Position numbers and translations under genes: made by a program. Below are positions 8,958 through 18,534 of a stretch of DNA of 47,089 nt, in pieces. How positions within the stretch are numbered: position 1 is the stretch's first letter; every line of letters begins with the position of its first letter. Source of the DNA: Campylobacterota bacterium (GTDB lineage Bacteria; Campylobacterota; Campylobacteria; Campylobacterales; Arcobacteraceae). Under the pieces are notes generated by a model. That model made no database searches, was not told the DNA's origin, and was given only the letters and a program-made list of their open reading frames with translations. The stretch lies in the NCBI GenBank assembly GCA_051746405.1, contig JBNJFB010000016.1, positions 1 through 47,089 on the forward strand, in the 5' to 3' direction.

Positions 8958-10676
8958 TTACCTAAATGCTAAATCTCTTAAAAATAGTGCGATTTGCGGG
9001 AAAAATATTAAAGCTACTGAAACACTTAAAAGTATAATAATAAAAGGAGGTGTTCCTTTTATTACCTCAATATATGGTCTTTTAAATACAGCTATTGCTG
9101 TGAATATATCACAGCCAAATGGTGGGGTAGCTGAACCAATTGCAACTTGTAGGGTAATAATTGTACCAACTAGTACAGGGTCTAATCCTACTGCATCAAC
9201 CACAGGAGCAAAAATTGGCACTAAAACAAGTATAACTACAATTGGGTCTACAAACATACAACCAACAAAAAAAGCAATAGATATTACAGCAAGAACTCCA
9301 TAAGGACCCATTTGGGTTATTCCTATACTATTTAATATCTCTTGGGGTACTTGTGCAAAAGAAAGAACCCACGCAAAACCAGCTCCTGCACCTACAAGAA
9401 TAAATACTACAGCAGTAATTAGACCTGTAGATTTGGCTGTATCAAATAGATCTTTTAGTTTCATGGTTTTAAATATAAAACCTTCTAAGAAAATAGCATA
9501 TGCAACACTTACAGCAGCTGCTTCTGTTGGACTAAAAATACCACCAAAGATTCCACCTACAATAATTGTAGGGAAACCTAAAGGCCATAATGCTTTGTAA
9601 AGTGCCATACCTCTTTCTTTCCACGAAGCTTTTGGTTCTGTGGGAATATTGTGTCTATATGCATAAATAATACTATAAATAGAAAATAGTGTTAATATTA
9701 AAAGACCTGGACCAATACCTGCAATAAATAGTTCAGGAATAGATGTTTTAGCTACAATTCCATAGATAATCATCCCAATACTTGGGGGAATTAAAAAAGC
9801 AATATCACTGGAGTTTACAATTAAAGCAAGTATAAAAGAGTCTTTGTACCCACCTTTTTTAAGTCTTGGTCTTAAAGGTGAACCAATAGCTACAACTGTT
9901 GCTTGAGTAGAGCCAGATACCGCACCAAACATGGTACAAGCCCCCGCTGTACTTACTGCTAAACCTCCTTTTATATGTCTAACAAATGCCATTACAAGGT
10001 CAATAAGTTTTTCAGCTGAGTGTCCTCTTGTCATAATATCAGCTGAGAGTATAAACATGGGTACAGCTATTAGTGCAGCAGGACGAATTCCTGCCATCAT
10101 TTGTTGTATCATAAACTGCATTTTAGAAAAATCTGTACCAAATATTAGGAAAATTCCAAGAGTAGTACCTGCAATAAGTGGTATTTTCATAGGAAAACCT
10201 AATAAAAGAAGAACTACCATTAATGCAAAAATAGAACCAGCAAGATGATTTTGCATAAATTCATATAGATTAAAACTTGTATCTTTTATTGACTCTTTAG
10301 CAATTGTAGCTAATGTATCACCTTGCTCAGTAAGCATTGTAACTTCAACATCTATCTTTCCATCACTTAAGCTACTAATATCATAGTCAACAGCTTCGAA
10401 CATACCTCTTTTGTCTGTTTCTGTTTCAAAAAGAAGTGATTTGTTTTCACTGTCTCTAAATACAACATCTATAGCTCTCCATTTATGATTGCTAAAGTCT
10501 TCTGCTTGTGAAGAACCATATACAGTCAAAAAAAACTTATCATTCTCTTTTACTGTTGAGATTTCATCAATAAACATAGTTACTTTTTTATCACTGTCAT
10601 TAGCTAATAAATAGTTACTACAGAGAAATAGTGAGAATATACTAATTAATAATAGTTTTAAAATGTTTGTTTTCAT
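8958..10676 (-). CDS. teaC: TRAP large permease (DctM/TeaC) with about 140 aa extra N-terminal soluble domain
   Basis: LIAVPMFIL, GAVSGS..ATVVAIG, LIPPSI, GGIFSPTEAA, TPPFG; AAGGA RBS before 10676. Confidence 0.9.
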   Translation of the reverse strand: MKTNILKLLLISIFSLFLCSNYLLANDSDKKVTMFIDEISTVKENDKFFLTVYGSSQAEDFSNHKWRAIDVVFRDSENKSLLFETETDKRGMFEAVDYDISSLSDGKIDVEVTMLTEQGDTLATIAKESIKDTSFNLYEFMQNHLAGSIFALMVVLLLLGFPMKIPLIAGTTLGIFLIFGTDFSKMQFMIQQMMAGIRPAALIAVPMFILSADIMTRGHSAEKLIDLVMAFVRHIKGGLAVSTAGACTMFGAVSGSTQATVVAIGSPLRPRLKKGGYKDSFILALIVNSSDIAFLIPPSIGMIIYGIVAKTSIPELFIAGIGPGLLILTLFSIYSIIYAYRHNIPTEPKASWKERGMALYKALWPLGFPTIIVGGIFGGIFSPTEAAAVSVAYAIFLEGFIFKTMKLKDLFDTAKSTGLITAVVFILVGAGAGFAWVLSFAQVPQEILNSIGITQMGPYGVLAVISIAFFVGCMFVDPIVVILVLVPIFAPVVDAVGLDPVLVGTIITLQVAIGSATPPFGCDIFTAIAVFKRPYIEVIKGTPPFIIILLSVSVALIFFPQIALFLRDLAFR

Positions 10677-10685
10677 CTTTTATCC

Positions 10686-11273
10686 TTATACTTCAATCTC
10701 TGTATCACTATATCCATCACGAATTTTAGTGGATAAAAATACATCTTTTTCTCTTAAATTTTTTACAACTGTGAGCAAATACTGTATACCTGTAATAGCA
10801 AAACCAATAGGCACCCATAAATATATATAAAATACTGGAATACCAAGTGCAGGAAGGATTCTACCACTTTCGTAAACTTCTATAATATAAATATAAGAGT
10901 AGTAGGATAGTATAAACATAAAAGCACCTGTTATAAATGAGATGATTATAATTAATACTTTTCTTACTTTTGAGGGTAGGGCATCGTAAATGGCAGACAT
11001 TCTAATATGTCGAGCATTTCTTGCTGCATAGCTAAGACCTGCAAAAGTAACAATAATAATAAATATCATGTTTAATTCATCTGTTACAGTTAGAGCATCA
11101 TTAAACACAAAACGGGTGACTACTGCAACTATAGTTATAATTGCCATAGATATTACACCAAACGCAAGCATAATCTCTTCAAACTTACTTAGTAACCAAT
11201 CAAGATAATCAATTGCTTTTAAAATAGGGTTTCTAGTTTTATGATTTGAGTCTATATCGATATTCTCATTCAT
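10686..11273 (-). CDS. teaB: TRAP small permease (DctQ/TeaB)
   Basis: Four TM segments, GLSYAARNARHIRMSA motif, between SBP and DctM genes. Confidence 0.88.
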   Translation of the reverse strand: MNENIDIDSNHKTRNPILKAIDYLDWLLSKFEEIMLAFGVISMAIITIVAVVTRFVFNDALTVTDELNMIFIIIVTFAGLSYAARNARHIRMSAIYDALPSKVRKVLIIIISFITGAFMFILSYYSYIYIIEVYESGRILPALGIPVFYIYLWVPIGFAITGIQYLLTVVKNLREKDVFLSTKIRDGYSDTEIEV

Positions 11274-11341
11274 TCTCTTCTCCTTATTTATAACACAATA
11301 AAAACTATAATTAAGTATTTATAGATTTTATTCTATTAAAA

Positions 11342-11368
11342 AAGTATCTAGCTTGGTGCTAGATACTT
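11342..11368 (-). terminator. Stem-loop after teaA (terminator or transcript stabiliser)
   Basis: Perfect 11-bp stem AAGTATCTAGC-TTGGT-GCTAGATACTT followed by a T-run on the minus strand. Confidence 0.75.
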
Positions 11369-11400
11369 AATAACTGTATAACTGTAATTTTTCTAAAAGA

Positions 11401-12414
11401 CTATTTTGTATTATTTTCAGCTTTAGCTAAGTCTCTTCTAATTTGATCTAAAATCTTTTTATTTGAGTCACTCTTTGAAGCAAATGATTCTTGTACTTTT
11501 TTAGCAGCTTCTTTAAAAGGCTCTCTTTGCTCTTGTGTTAATGTTACAATTTTATAGTCTGGATTTGTTCTTACAATTCTTCCAATTCCAATAGCATCAA
11601 GTTTTTGTGCTTCATCTAATATAACTTTATGAGCATGTTTTGCTGCTTCTTGAACTAACCTTTTATCTCTTTTACCTAAATCTTCAAAAAACTTCTCATT
11701 TGCACTCATTGAAGCGTTAAAGTGACCATGACCTGTATATGTTAAAACATTTGTTAAATCATCTAAACCATAAGCTTCAATCCAAACTGTTGGATTTTCT
11801 TGACCATCAACCATACCTGTTTTTAAAGCACCTACTAAGTCTCCCCAAGTCATAGGTTGTGGTGAAGCACCAAATGCTTTATATGTTTCAACAAGAATTG
11901 GTGAACCAGGCATTACACGAATTTTTTTACCCTCTAAGTCTGATGGTGAGTGAAACTCTTCCATTGTTGTTACAGCCATTTCACCCTCTGGAAAAATACC
12001 TAGAAGTTTAAGTCCATGTTTTTCAAATATTTTTGGAAGCATTTCATTTACTACTTTTGAGTTTTTGAAAAAGTAGTCTAATTCATCTGTATCTGTAGGT
12101 AGTACATATGGAACAGTGAAAATATCCATTTCAGGGATAGTTCCTCCCATATATCCAGTTGATTGACCAATAAAGTGAATTAATCCAGCTTTAGCTTGCT
12201 CCATCATATCAGCTTCTTCACCAAGAGAACCTACTTTGTAAAGTTTGATTTCATGTCTTGAATTGTCTTCAATAAAATCTTTAAAAGCATTTGCATAGAT
12301 TCCTTGCGGATCACTCATCCCCTCACCAAATGCATATTTCCAAGTAGCTGCACTCATACTAGTAGCAGCAAGCATACCTGCTAAAACCAAACCTTTAAAT
12401 TTTGTTAGTTTCAT
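11401..12414 (-). CDS. teaA: TRAP substrate-binding protein, TeaA/UehA-like (ectoine/hydroxyectoine)
   Basis: Signal peptide; FIEDNS, PYVLPTD, PEGEM, KKIRVM, ETYKAFGA, DGQENP..W resemble TeaA; ectoine catabolic genes downstream. Confidence 0.85.
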   Translation of the reverse strand: MKLTKFKGLVLAGMLAATSMSAATWKYAFGEGMSDPQGIYANAFKDFIEDNSRHEIKLYKVGSLGEEADMMEQAKAGLIHFIGQSTGYMGGTIPEMDIFTVPYVLPTDTDELDYFFKNSKVVNEMLPKIFEKHGLKLLGIFPEGEMAVTTMEEFHSPSDLEGKKIRVMPGSPILVETYKAFGASPQPMTWGDLVGALKTGMVDGQENPTVWIEAYGLDDLTNVLTYTGHGHFNASMSANEKFFEDLGKRDKRLVQEAAKHAHKVILDEAQKLDAIGIGRIVRTNPDYKIVTLTQEQREPFKEAAKKVQESFASKSDSNKKILDQIRRDLAKAENNTK

Positions 12415-12464
12415 ATCTTCTCCTCGTAGTGTAATAAATTTATCAATTTATGATAACTCAAATA

Positions 12465-12511
12465 ATTGTATCATAATTAAAAAGTAATTTACAATAAAAG
12501 TTCATAAAAAA
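12465..12511 (-). promoter_or_regulatory. Sigma70-type promoter for the tea operon (TTGTAA-18-TACAAT with extended TG)
   Basis: Minus-strand TTGTAA (12489-12494), TACAAT (12465-12470); same blocks as 6204-6251. Confidence 0.65.
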
Positions 12512-12614
12512 TAGACAATTTATTTATTATTTTTATTTAAGATTTTTTAAAGTCTAATTTAGTATTTATAGGAATTTTGCTATTTTAGTATGAGTAATAT
12601 CTAAAAGGAAAAAT

Positions 12615-15104
12615 TTGAACAAGTATATAAGTAGCTTTGAATTTCAAGGAAATAACTATCATTACTGTGATTTAAAAAAAGTTTTTGAAGATTATCCAAA
12701 GCTTAGAAAACTACCTAACTCTTTAAAAGTACTATTAGAATTAAATCTAAGAAATAGTACAAATGAAAAATTATCTGATATATTGAAAGTATTTGATTCA
12801 CGCAATAACCTAAAAACAGTTGAGTATAAACCAAATAGAGTAATCATGCAAGATAGTGCAGGCTTACCAACTATAATAGATTTAGCTTCAATGAGAGATG
12901 AAGCTTTAAAATTTGGTTTGAATAGTGCTAGTATAAACCCTAAAGTTATGGTTGATTTAGTAGTAGAGTCTTCAAGCAATAAAATTTTAGAAGATGAGAA
13001 AAATAGGGTTTTAAAATGGGCTCAAAATCAATTTGAAAATTTATCAGTTATACCCCCTGGAAATGGAATATGTCATCAAGTAAACCTTGAGTATTTAGCA
13101 ACAATGATAGATATAAAGAAGATTGACAATAAGCTTTTCATGTATCCTGAAACCTTAATAGGTACAGATATTCATACTACTTTAATAAATGCTTTAGGTG
13201 TTTTAGGTTGGGGTGTTGGAGTTTTAGAAGCTCAAAAAGCAATGTTAGGTTATAGTATTACTCTAAATTTACCAAAAGTTGTAGGTGTTAAGATTGTTGG
13301 TTCGTTAGTTCAAGGTGTTAGTATAAATGATGCTGTATTGGCATTGACAAATAAGTTAAATCAAATAAATGTTTCATTTAAAATTGTTGAATTTTTTGGT
13401 GAGGGTCTAAAAAATATATCAGTTGAAGATAGGGCTATTATATCAAGTATGGCAACAAAATATGATGCTATATGTGGTTACTTCAGTGTTGATGATAATA
13501 CAATAGAGTTTGTTGAGCAAACAAGAGGAGTTGATGCAAGTTTAATTAAAGAGTATTATAAGAAGCAGACTATTTTTGAAAACTATGATAGTTTTACTGA
13601 GTATGATGAAATCTTAACTTTTGATTTATCATTAGTAAGACCTTTAGTAATTGGTCCTAGAAGCTTAAAAGATAAGATAAGTATAGAGCATATTCCTTCA
13701 AAGTTAGATACCTTTAAAAAAGGTAATTTTGTAAAAGATAATGATGTGGTTTTAGCAGCAATCACATCTTGTACTTCAACCTCAAATCCAAGTTTACTTA
13801 TTCAAGCTGGATTATTGGCTAAAAAAGCATACGACTTAGAACTAAATATAAACAAAAATATTAAAAGAGTAATCTCTTTTGGTTCATTAGCTGTAAAAGA
13901 GTATTTAAAAAAATTAGATTTGCTTAAGTATTTTAATCTTTTAGGCTTTGATACTGAAAATTTTAATTGTGAGGTTAATACTCAAAATATTGAATTAGCT
14001 CAAGCAGTTGAGCTAGATATTGAAAGATTTAATTTAAATGTATCATCAGTTGCATCTGGGAATATGAATTATGAAAAGAAGTTACATCCTTTAGTTAAAT
14101 CAAATTGGTATATGTCACCTGCATTAGTTATTGCATATAGTTTAAAAGGAAATATGAACTTTGATATTACAACTGAACCAATTCTCAATGATATATATTT
14201 AAGTGACTTATGGCCTAACATGATTGAAGTGAATGAGTATTTGGAAAAGATCGATTATAGTATATTTGCAAAGGTTTATAAAGATATATTTTTAGGAAAT
14301 AGAAGTTGGCAAGAGTTAGTTATAGAAAACAAATCTACATATTCATGGGATAAAGAATCAACATATATTCAACCAAGTAATTTTTTTGAAAAAGTAGATT
14401 GTGATGAAATAAATATCACAGACTCTAAAATATTAGCTTTACTAGATGATGATATATCAACAGATGATTTATTACCAAATGGTAGAATTTCACCTTTTAG
14501 TCAAGCAGGTAGATACTTACAAAGCAAAGGTTTAAGACCTGATGAGTTTGACTCTTATGAAAATAGAAGAGGAAATGGTGAAGTTATGACAAGGTCACTT
14601 TTTTCTACTTCAAGTTTAAGAAATAAAATCGTGTTATCAAAAGAGGGTGCATTTACAAAAGATTTTTCAACACAAGAGGTTTTACCTATTTTTGATTTTT
14701 CTCAAAAAATGATAGAAGAGAAGACTCCACTTGTTGTTTTTGCAGGTAGTAGACTGGGAATAGGAAGACCAAGAGATTGGACAGCAAAGGCTATGAAACT
14801 ACTTGGAGTAAAAGCTGTGATTGCAAAATCTTTTTCAAAAAACTATAGACGAAGTTTAATATTTATGGGTATTTTACCATTGGAGTTTGTAGAAGATGAT
14901 ATAAATAGTCTAAAACTAAAAGGTAGTGAACTTATTAGTATAAACTCCTCTTTTATAATGCCAAATGAAAAAATTGAATTGGAAATAAAAAAGGAGAATG
15001 ATACGATAAATATTACAGTTGAATTAAGACTTGATAGTATAAAAGAAGTTGAATATTTTAAAAAAGGTGGAGTACTGTCTTTCTTTTTTAATAGTTTATA
15101 TTAG
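12615..15104 (+). CDS. Aconitase A/IRP-family protein with degenerate active site (probable pseudoenzyme)
   Basis: LPNSLKVLLE, RVIMQD, PPGNGICHQVNLEYLA, LGVLGWGVG, AAITSCTSTSNP, RRGN, RDW, GGVL identify the family; many catalytic positions substituted; TTG start after AAGGA. Confidence 0.85.
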   Translation: MNKYISSFEFQGNNYHYCDLKKVFEDYPKLRKLPNSLKVLLELNLRNSTNEKLSDILKVFDSRNNLKTVEYKPNRVIMQDSAGLPTIIDLASMRDEALKFGLNSASINPKVMVDLVVESSSNKILEDEKNRVLKWAQNQFENLSVIPPGNGICHQVNLEYLATMIDIKKIDNKLFMYPETLIGTDIHTTLINALGVLGWGVGVLEAQKAMLGYSITLNLPKVVGVKIVGSLVQGVSINDAVLALTNKLNQINVSFKIVEFFGEGLKNISVEDRAIISSMATKYDAICGYFSVDDNTIEFVEQTRGVDASLIKEYYKKQTIFENYDSFTEYDEILTFDLSLVRPLVIGPRSLKDKISIEHIPSKLDTFKKGNFVKDNDVVLAAITSCTSTSNPSLLIQAGLLAKKAYDLELNINKNIKRVISFGSLAVKEYLKKLDLLKYFNLLGFDTENFNCEVNTQNIELAQAVELDIERFNLNVSSVASGNMNYEKKLHPLVKSNWYMSPALVIAYSLKGNMNFDITTEPILNDIYLSDLWPNMIEVNEYLEKIDYSIFAKVYKDIFLGNRSWQELVIENKSTYSWDKESTYIQPSNFFEKVDCDEINITDSKILALLDDDISTDDLLPNGRISPFSQAGRYLQSKGLRPDEFDSYENRRGNGEVMTRSLFSTSSLRNKIVLSKEGAFTKDFSTQEVLPIFDFSQKMIEEKTPLVVFAGSRLGIGRPRDWTAKAMKLLGVKAVIAKSFSKNYRRSLIFMGILPLEFVEDDINSLKLKGSELISINSSFIMPNEKIELEIKKENDTINITVELRLDSIKEVEYFKKGGVLSFFFNSLY

Positions 15105-15109
15105 TAAAA

Positions 15110-16930
15110 CTAACTTAACTCTTTAGGTATAATTATATAAAAACAGACTCCTTTTTTATTTTCTATATAACTGTTTTGTGCAAATAGTCGACCATTAAAA
15201 TGCTCTTCTATTATTTGCTTTGACATATATAAGCCTATCCCAGTACCTTGACTTTGATGCTTTGTGGTAAAATATGGTTCAAATATCTTATCTATTATAG
15301 TTTCATCAATACCACCTGCATTATCTTTTATGCATATTGATATATCTTTTTTGTTTCTTTTTACCTCAAGGTAAATACTTCTTTGTAAATACTCTATATT
15401 ATTCTCTTTAAATGCATCTTTTGAGTTATTTATAAGATTTAAAATAACTTGAATAAGTTCATTTTTAATACCATATATTTTAAAGTTCTCTTGAACTTTG
15501 TATGCTAAATCAATATCATAGTTTCTAAGTGATGGTTCTGTGAGTTGAACAGCTTTTTTTATTATCTCTTTAACATTAAAAGACTCGTTTTTTATACTAT
15601 TTTTAAAATAGTTTGAAAAGTCATCAATTGTTTCTGAAAGATAAGTTGATGATTTTAAAACTCCATTAGTAAACTCATCAAAATCATCATCACTTAACAT
15701 ACCAAAATCTTTTTTTAGTTTTAATCCACTTGCTGATGAGGTTATTACAGATAAAGGCTGTCTCCATTGGTGTGCAATATTTTTTAACATCTCACCCATT
15801 GATGCCATTTTTGATTGTTGAAACATTATTTGATCTTTTTGTCTTATTAGTTTCTCTTGTTCTTTTAGTTTTCTAATATCAGTAAATACTGCAATATAGT
15901 TAGTGGGTTTATTGTTCTCATCATAAACTGCATTTATTGTAAGCCATTGAGGAAATAGCTCATTTTGTTTTGTTTTATTTGTTATTTCACCTTCCCATGA
16001 ACCTTTTGTTCTTATGCTAGTCCATAGTTTTTTATAAAAAGCAAAGGAGTGTTTATTTGATTTTAGAATATTTACTTTTTGATTAACCACCTCTTTTTCT
16101 TTATAACCTGTAATATTTTCAAAAGCTTTATTAACTGATAATATTCTACTTTTTGTATCAGTAATAAAAATTCCCTCTTTGGTGTTATTATAAATTGTAT
16201 CTGAGAGTTTGAGTTTTTTTAGTGCTTGTTTTCTTTTTGTGATATTAAATACAATTGAGTAGATTAACTCTTCTTTTTTCATACTTACAGGACCTGTATA
16301 AGTCTCCACATCAACTTCTTTTCCATCTTTTAACTTATGTCTTAAACTAAAACACTCTTTTTTTTCATTTTTTGAGTCTTTTAGTAAATCAAAACACTCA
16401 TCTTTTGGTAGTTGATTAATTTGCCATATATGTAGCTTTTTAAACTCTTCATCGCTATATCCATAAAATCTATTAGCAGCATTATTAGCTTTTACAATTT
16501 TTCCTGTTTTAGTTGAGATTATAAGTACAGGTATTTTATTGGCTTCAAAAAGTTTCTTATATCTTTTTTTACTTTTTTTTATTTCACTATTTAGTTTTTT
16601 GATATTTATCTTGCAAATTCCAATTATTTTTTCACCATTTTTTATAAAAATATCTTCAAACTCTTGATAGTTATTTTTTGAATCTTTTAGTTTAAATATA
16701 ATAGATTTTTTTTGATTATTTTCTGTAGTAGTTAGTTTATTTTTTATTTTTTCTTTATCTTTATTTTTAGTGATATCTAAAATAGAGTCAATACTATCAA
16801 AGTTTTTACTTGTATATCCTAGAGTGTTATTTATATCTTGATACCATGTTATTTTTTTAGTTTTAATATCAATTTCATAACCAAAATCACTGGAGTTACT
16901 TACAAAAAAATCAAAAAAATCTTTACTCAA
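15110..16930 (-). CDS. Cytoplasmic multi-PAS sensor histidine kinase
   Basis: PAS motifs (ANNAANRFYGYS, VNKAFENITGY), H-box NIAHQWRQPL, N-box NLINNSKDA, DNAGGI, FEPYFTTK, GTGIGL. Confidence 0.92.
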   Translation of the reverse strand: MSKDFFDFFVSNSSDFGYEIDIKTKKITWYQDINNTLGYTSKNFDSIDSILDITKNKDKEKIKNKLTTTENNQKKSIIFKLKDSKNNYQEFEDIFIKNGEKIIGICKINIKKLNSEIKKSKKRYKKLFEANKIPVLIISTKTGKIVKANNAANRFYGYSDEEFKKLHIWQINQLPKDECFDLLKDSKNEKKECFSLRHKLKDGKEVDVETYTGPVSMKKEELIYSIVFNITKRKQALKKLKLSDTIYNNTKEGIFITDTKSRILSVNKAFENITGYKEKEVVNQKVNILKSNKHSFAFYKKLWTSIRTKGSWEGEITNKTKQNELFPQWLTINAVYDENNKPTNYIAVFTDIRKLKEQEKLIRQKDQIMFQQSKMASMGEMLKNIAHQWRQPLSVITSSASGLKLKKDFGMLSDDDFDEFTNGVLKSSTYLSETIDDFSNYFKNSIKNESFNVKEIIKKAVQLTEPSLRNYDIDLAYKVQENFKIYGIKNELIQVILNLINNSKDAFKENNIEYLQRSIYLEVKRNKKDISICIKDNAGGIDETIIDKIFEPYFTTKHQSQGTGIGLYMSKQIIEEHFNGRLFAQNSYIENKKGVCFYIIIPKELS

Positions 16931-16987
16931 AAAATCACCTTATTGTAGTTATTTTATAATTCCAATGAAGTATACTAAACTAATGTT

Positions 16988-17722
16988 TTAGAAAGTCTTA
17001 TAAATCATTGATATTAGTATTATAGTGTATAAAATTAGTATATATTTTTTATAAGAGGTTGCATGGGTTACATTTTTTATTTTTATACCAAAATAAACAC
17101 CAATTAATGAAGCTAAACCTACAATAGCACCCTCTTTAAATAGCATCTTTTCATTTAAAGACATTGCTGTAAACCCATCAATTGATGAAAATACTACAAA
17201 AAATAGTCCAAGAGCCGTTGCTGTTTTTAATTCATAGTTTAAAAATCTCACTAAAATAGGAGTTAACATAATCGAACCACCCACTCCAATACTCATAGCA
17301 ACTATTCCAATTATAATACCAATAATAAATAGGATAAATTTATTTTTCTTCTTTGGAGTTGTATCTTCTTGTATTGATGAGTTAAAAATAGCAAAAATTG
17401 AGTATATTAAAATTCCTATGAATATAAATTGTAAAGTTAAGTTTGAAACATTTGATACAATAAAACCACTTTGAAGACCACCTACAAAACCTCCAAAGCC
17501 AATTATTATTCCATCTTTTAATACATGAGCAGCTTTTCTTGAGTTTAAAAAAGAGCCATAAATAGATGAAAAAACCATTTGCATAATTGAAATAGCAACA
17601 GCCTCTTTCATTACAAAACCAGCTAAAAGTAGTATAGGAACTAGAACCATTCCTCCTCCAACTCCAAAAAAGCCTGAGATAAATCCTGTAATTATACCAA
17701 AAGCTGCTAATTCAAATATCAT
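16988..17722 (-). CDS. TauE/SafE (TSUP) family sulfur-compound permease
   Basis: Twice-repeated GFFGVGGG / SIGVGGS..P motif, about 8 TM segments, directly after cysE. Confidence 0.85.
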   Translation of the reverse strand: MIFELAAFGIITGFISGFFGVGGGMVLVPILLLAGFVMKEAVAISIMQMVFSSIYGSFLNSRKAAHVLKDGIIIGFGGFVGGLQSGFIVSNVSNLTLQFIFIGILIYSIFAIFNSSIQEDTTPKKKNKFILFIIGIIIGIVAMSIGVGGSIMLTPILVRFLNYELKTATALGLFFVVFSSIDGFTAMSLNEKMLFKEGAIVGLASLIGVYFGIKIKNVTHATSYKKYILILYTIILISMIYKTF

Positions 17723-18529
17723 CTATTTTTTCTTTTTTATGGAATTCATTGCATCTATAAATCTATTATAATTCTCTTCTAATTTATTATCTTTATTAGT
17801 TAAGTCAATACCTTCTTTATCTTTTAAGGCTGTTTCTAATACTTGAACTCTCTCTATTAGATACTTAAACATCTCTTTATTGATATCTGGTAAATCATTA
17901 TGGTCTAGTCTTGCTTCTTTGTCATGGAAATCTTTTTTATCTTTTTTTATAATTTTTGCAGGAACTCCAACTGCTGTTGAGTTTCTTGGTACATCACACA
18001 CAACAACAGAGTTTGCTCCAATTTTTGCATTTTTGCCTATTAGTATATTCCCTAATACCTTAGCTCCACTTCCTATAACAGCATTTGCTTTTATAGTAGG
18101 GTGTCTTTTCCCTTTATCTAAACTTACTCCACCTAAGGTTACACCTTGGTAGATTAGTACATCCTCTTCAATAACAGTAGTAGCACCTATTACAACTCCA
18201 ATTGCATGGTCGATAAACACTCTTCTTCCTATTGTAGCAGCTGGATGTATATCTGTCTTTGTAAAAAGTGAACCAAAGCCAACTAAAGCTCTTGATAGTT
18301 TAATCCAACCTTTAAGATATAGTCTATTTGCAATTCTATGATTTATTATTGCCCAAACGCCTGGGTAATTAAAAAAAAGCTCAAAACTAGAGTCTAAAGC
18401 AGGGTCATTTAGTTTTGGTACTTTAAAATCCTCTTTTATCTGCTCCCATAATGATAGTTTGCTTTGTTCTTCATAAACTCTTTTTTTTATTAGTTCATGT
18501 ATATCTCTTTGTGTATTCTCTTCTTCCAT
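17723..18529 (-). CDS. cysE: Serine O-acetyltransferase
   Basis: DIHPAATIGRRVFIDH, YQGVTLGG, KRHPT, IGANSVV hexapeptide repeats; ATG 18529 after GGAG. Confidence 0.93.
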   Translation of the reverse strand: MEEENTQRDIHELIKKRVYEEQSKLSLWEQIKEDFKVPKLNDPALDSSFELFFNYPGVWAIINHRIANRLYLKGWIKLSRALVGFGSLFTKTDIHPAATIGRRVFIDHAIGVVIGATTVIEEDVLIYQGVTLGGVSLDKGKRHPTIKANAVIGSGAKVLGNILIGKNAKIGANSVVVCDVPRNSTAVGVPAKIIKKDKKDFHDKEARLDHNDLPDINKEMFKYLIERVQVLETALKDKEGIDLTNKDNKLEENYNRFIDAMNSIKKKK

Positions 18530-18534
18530 TACTA

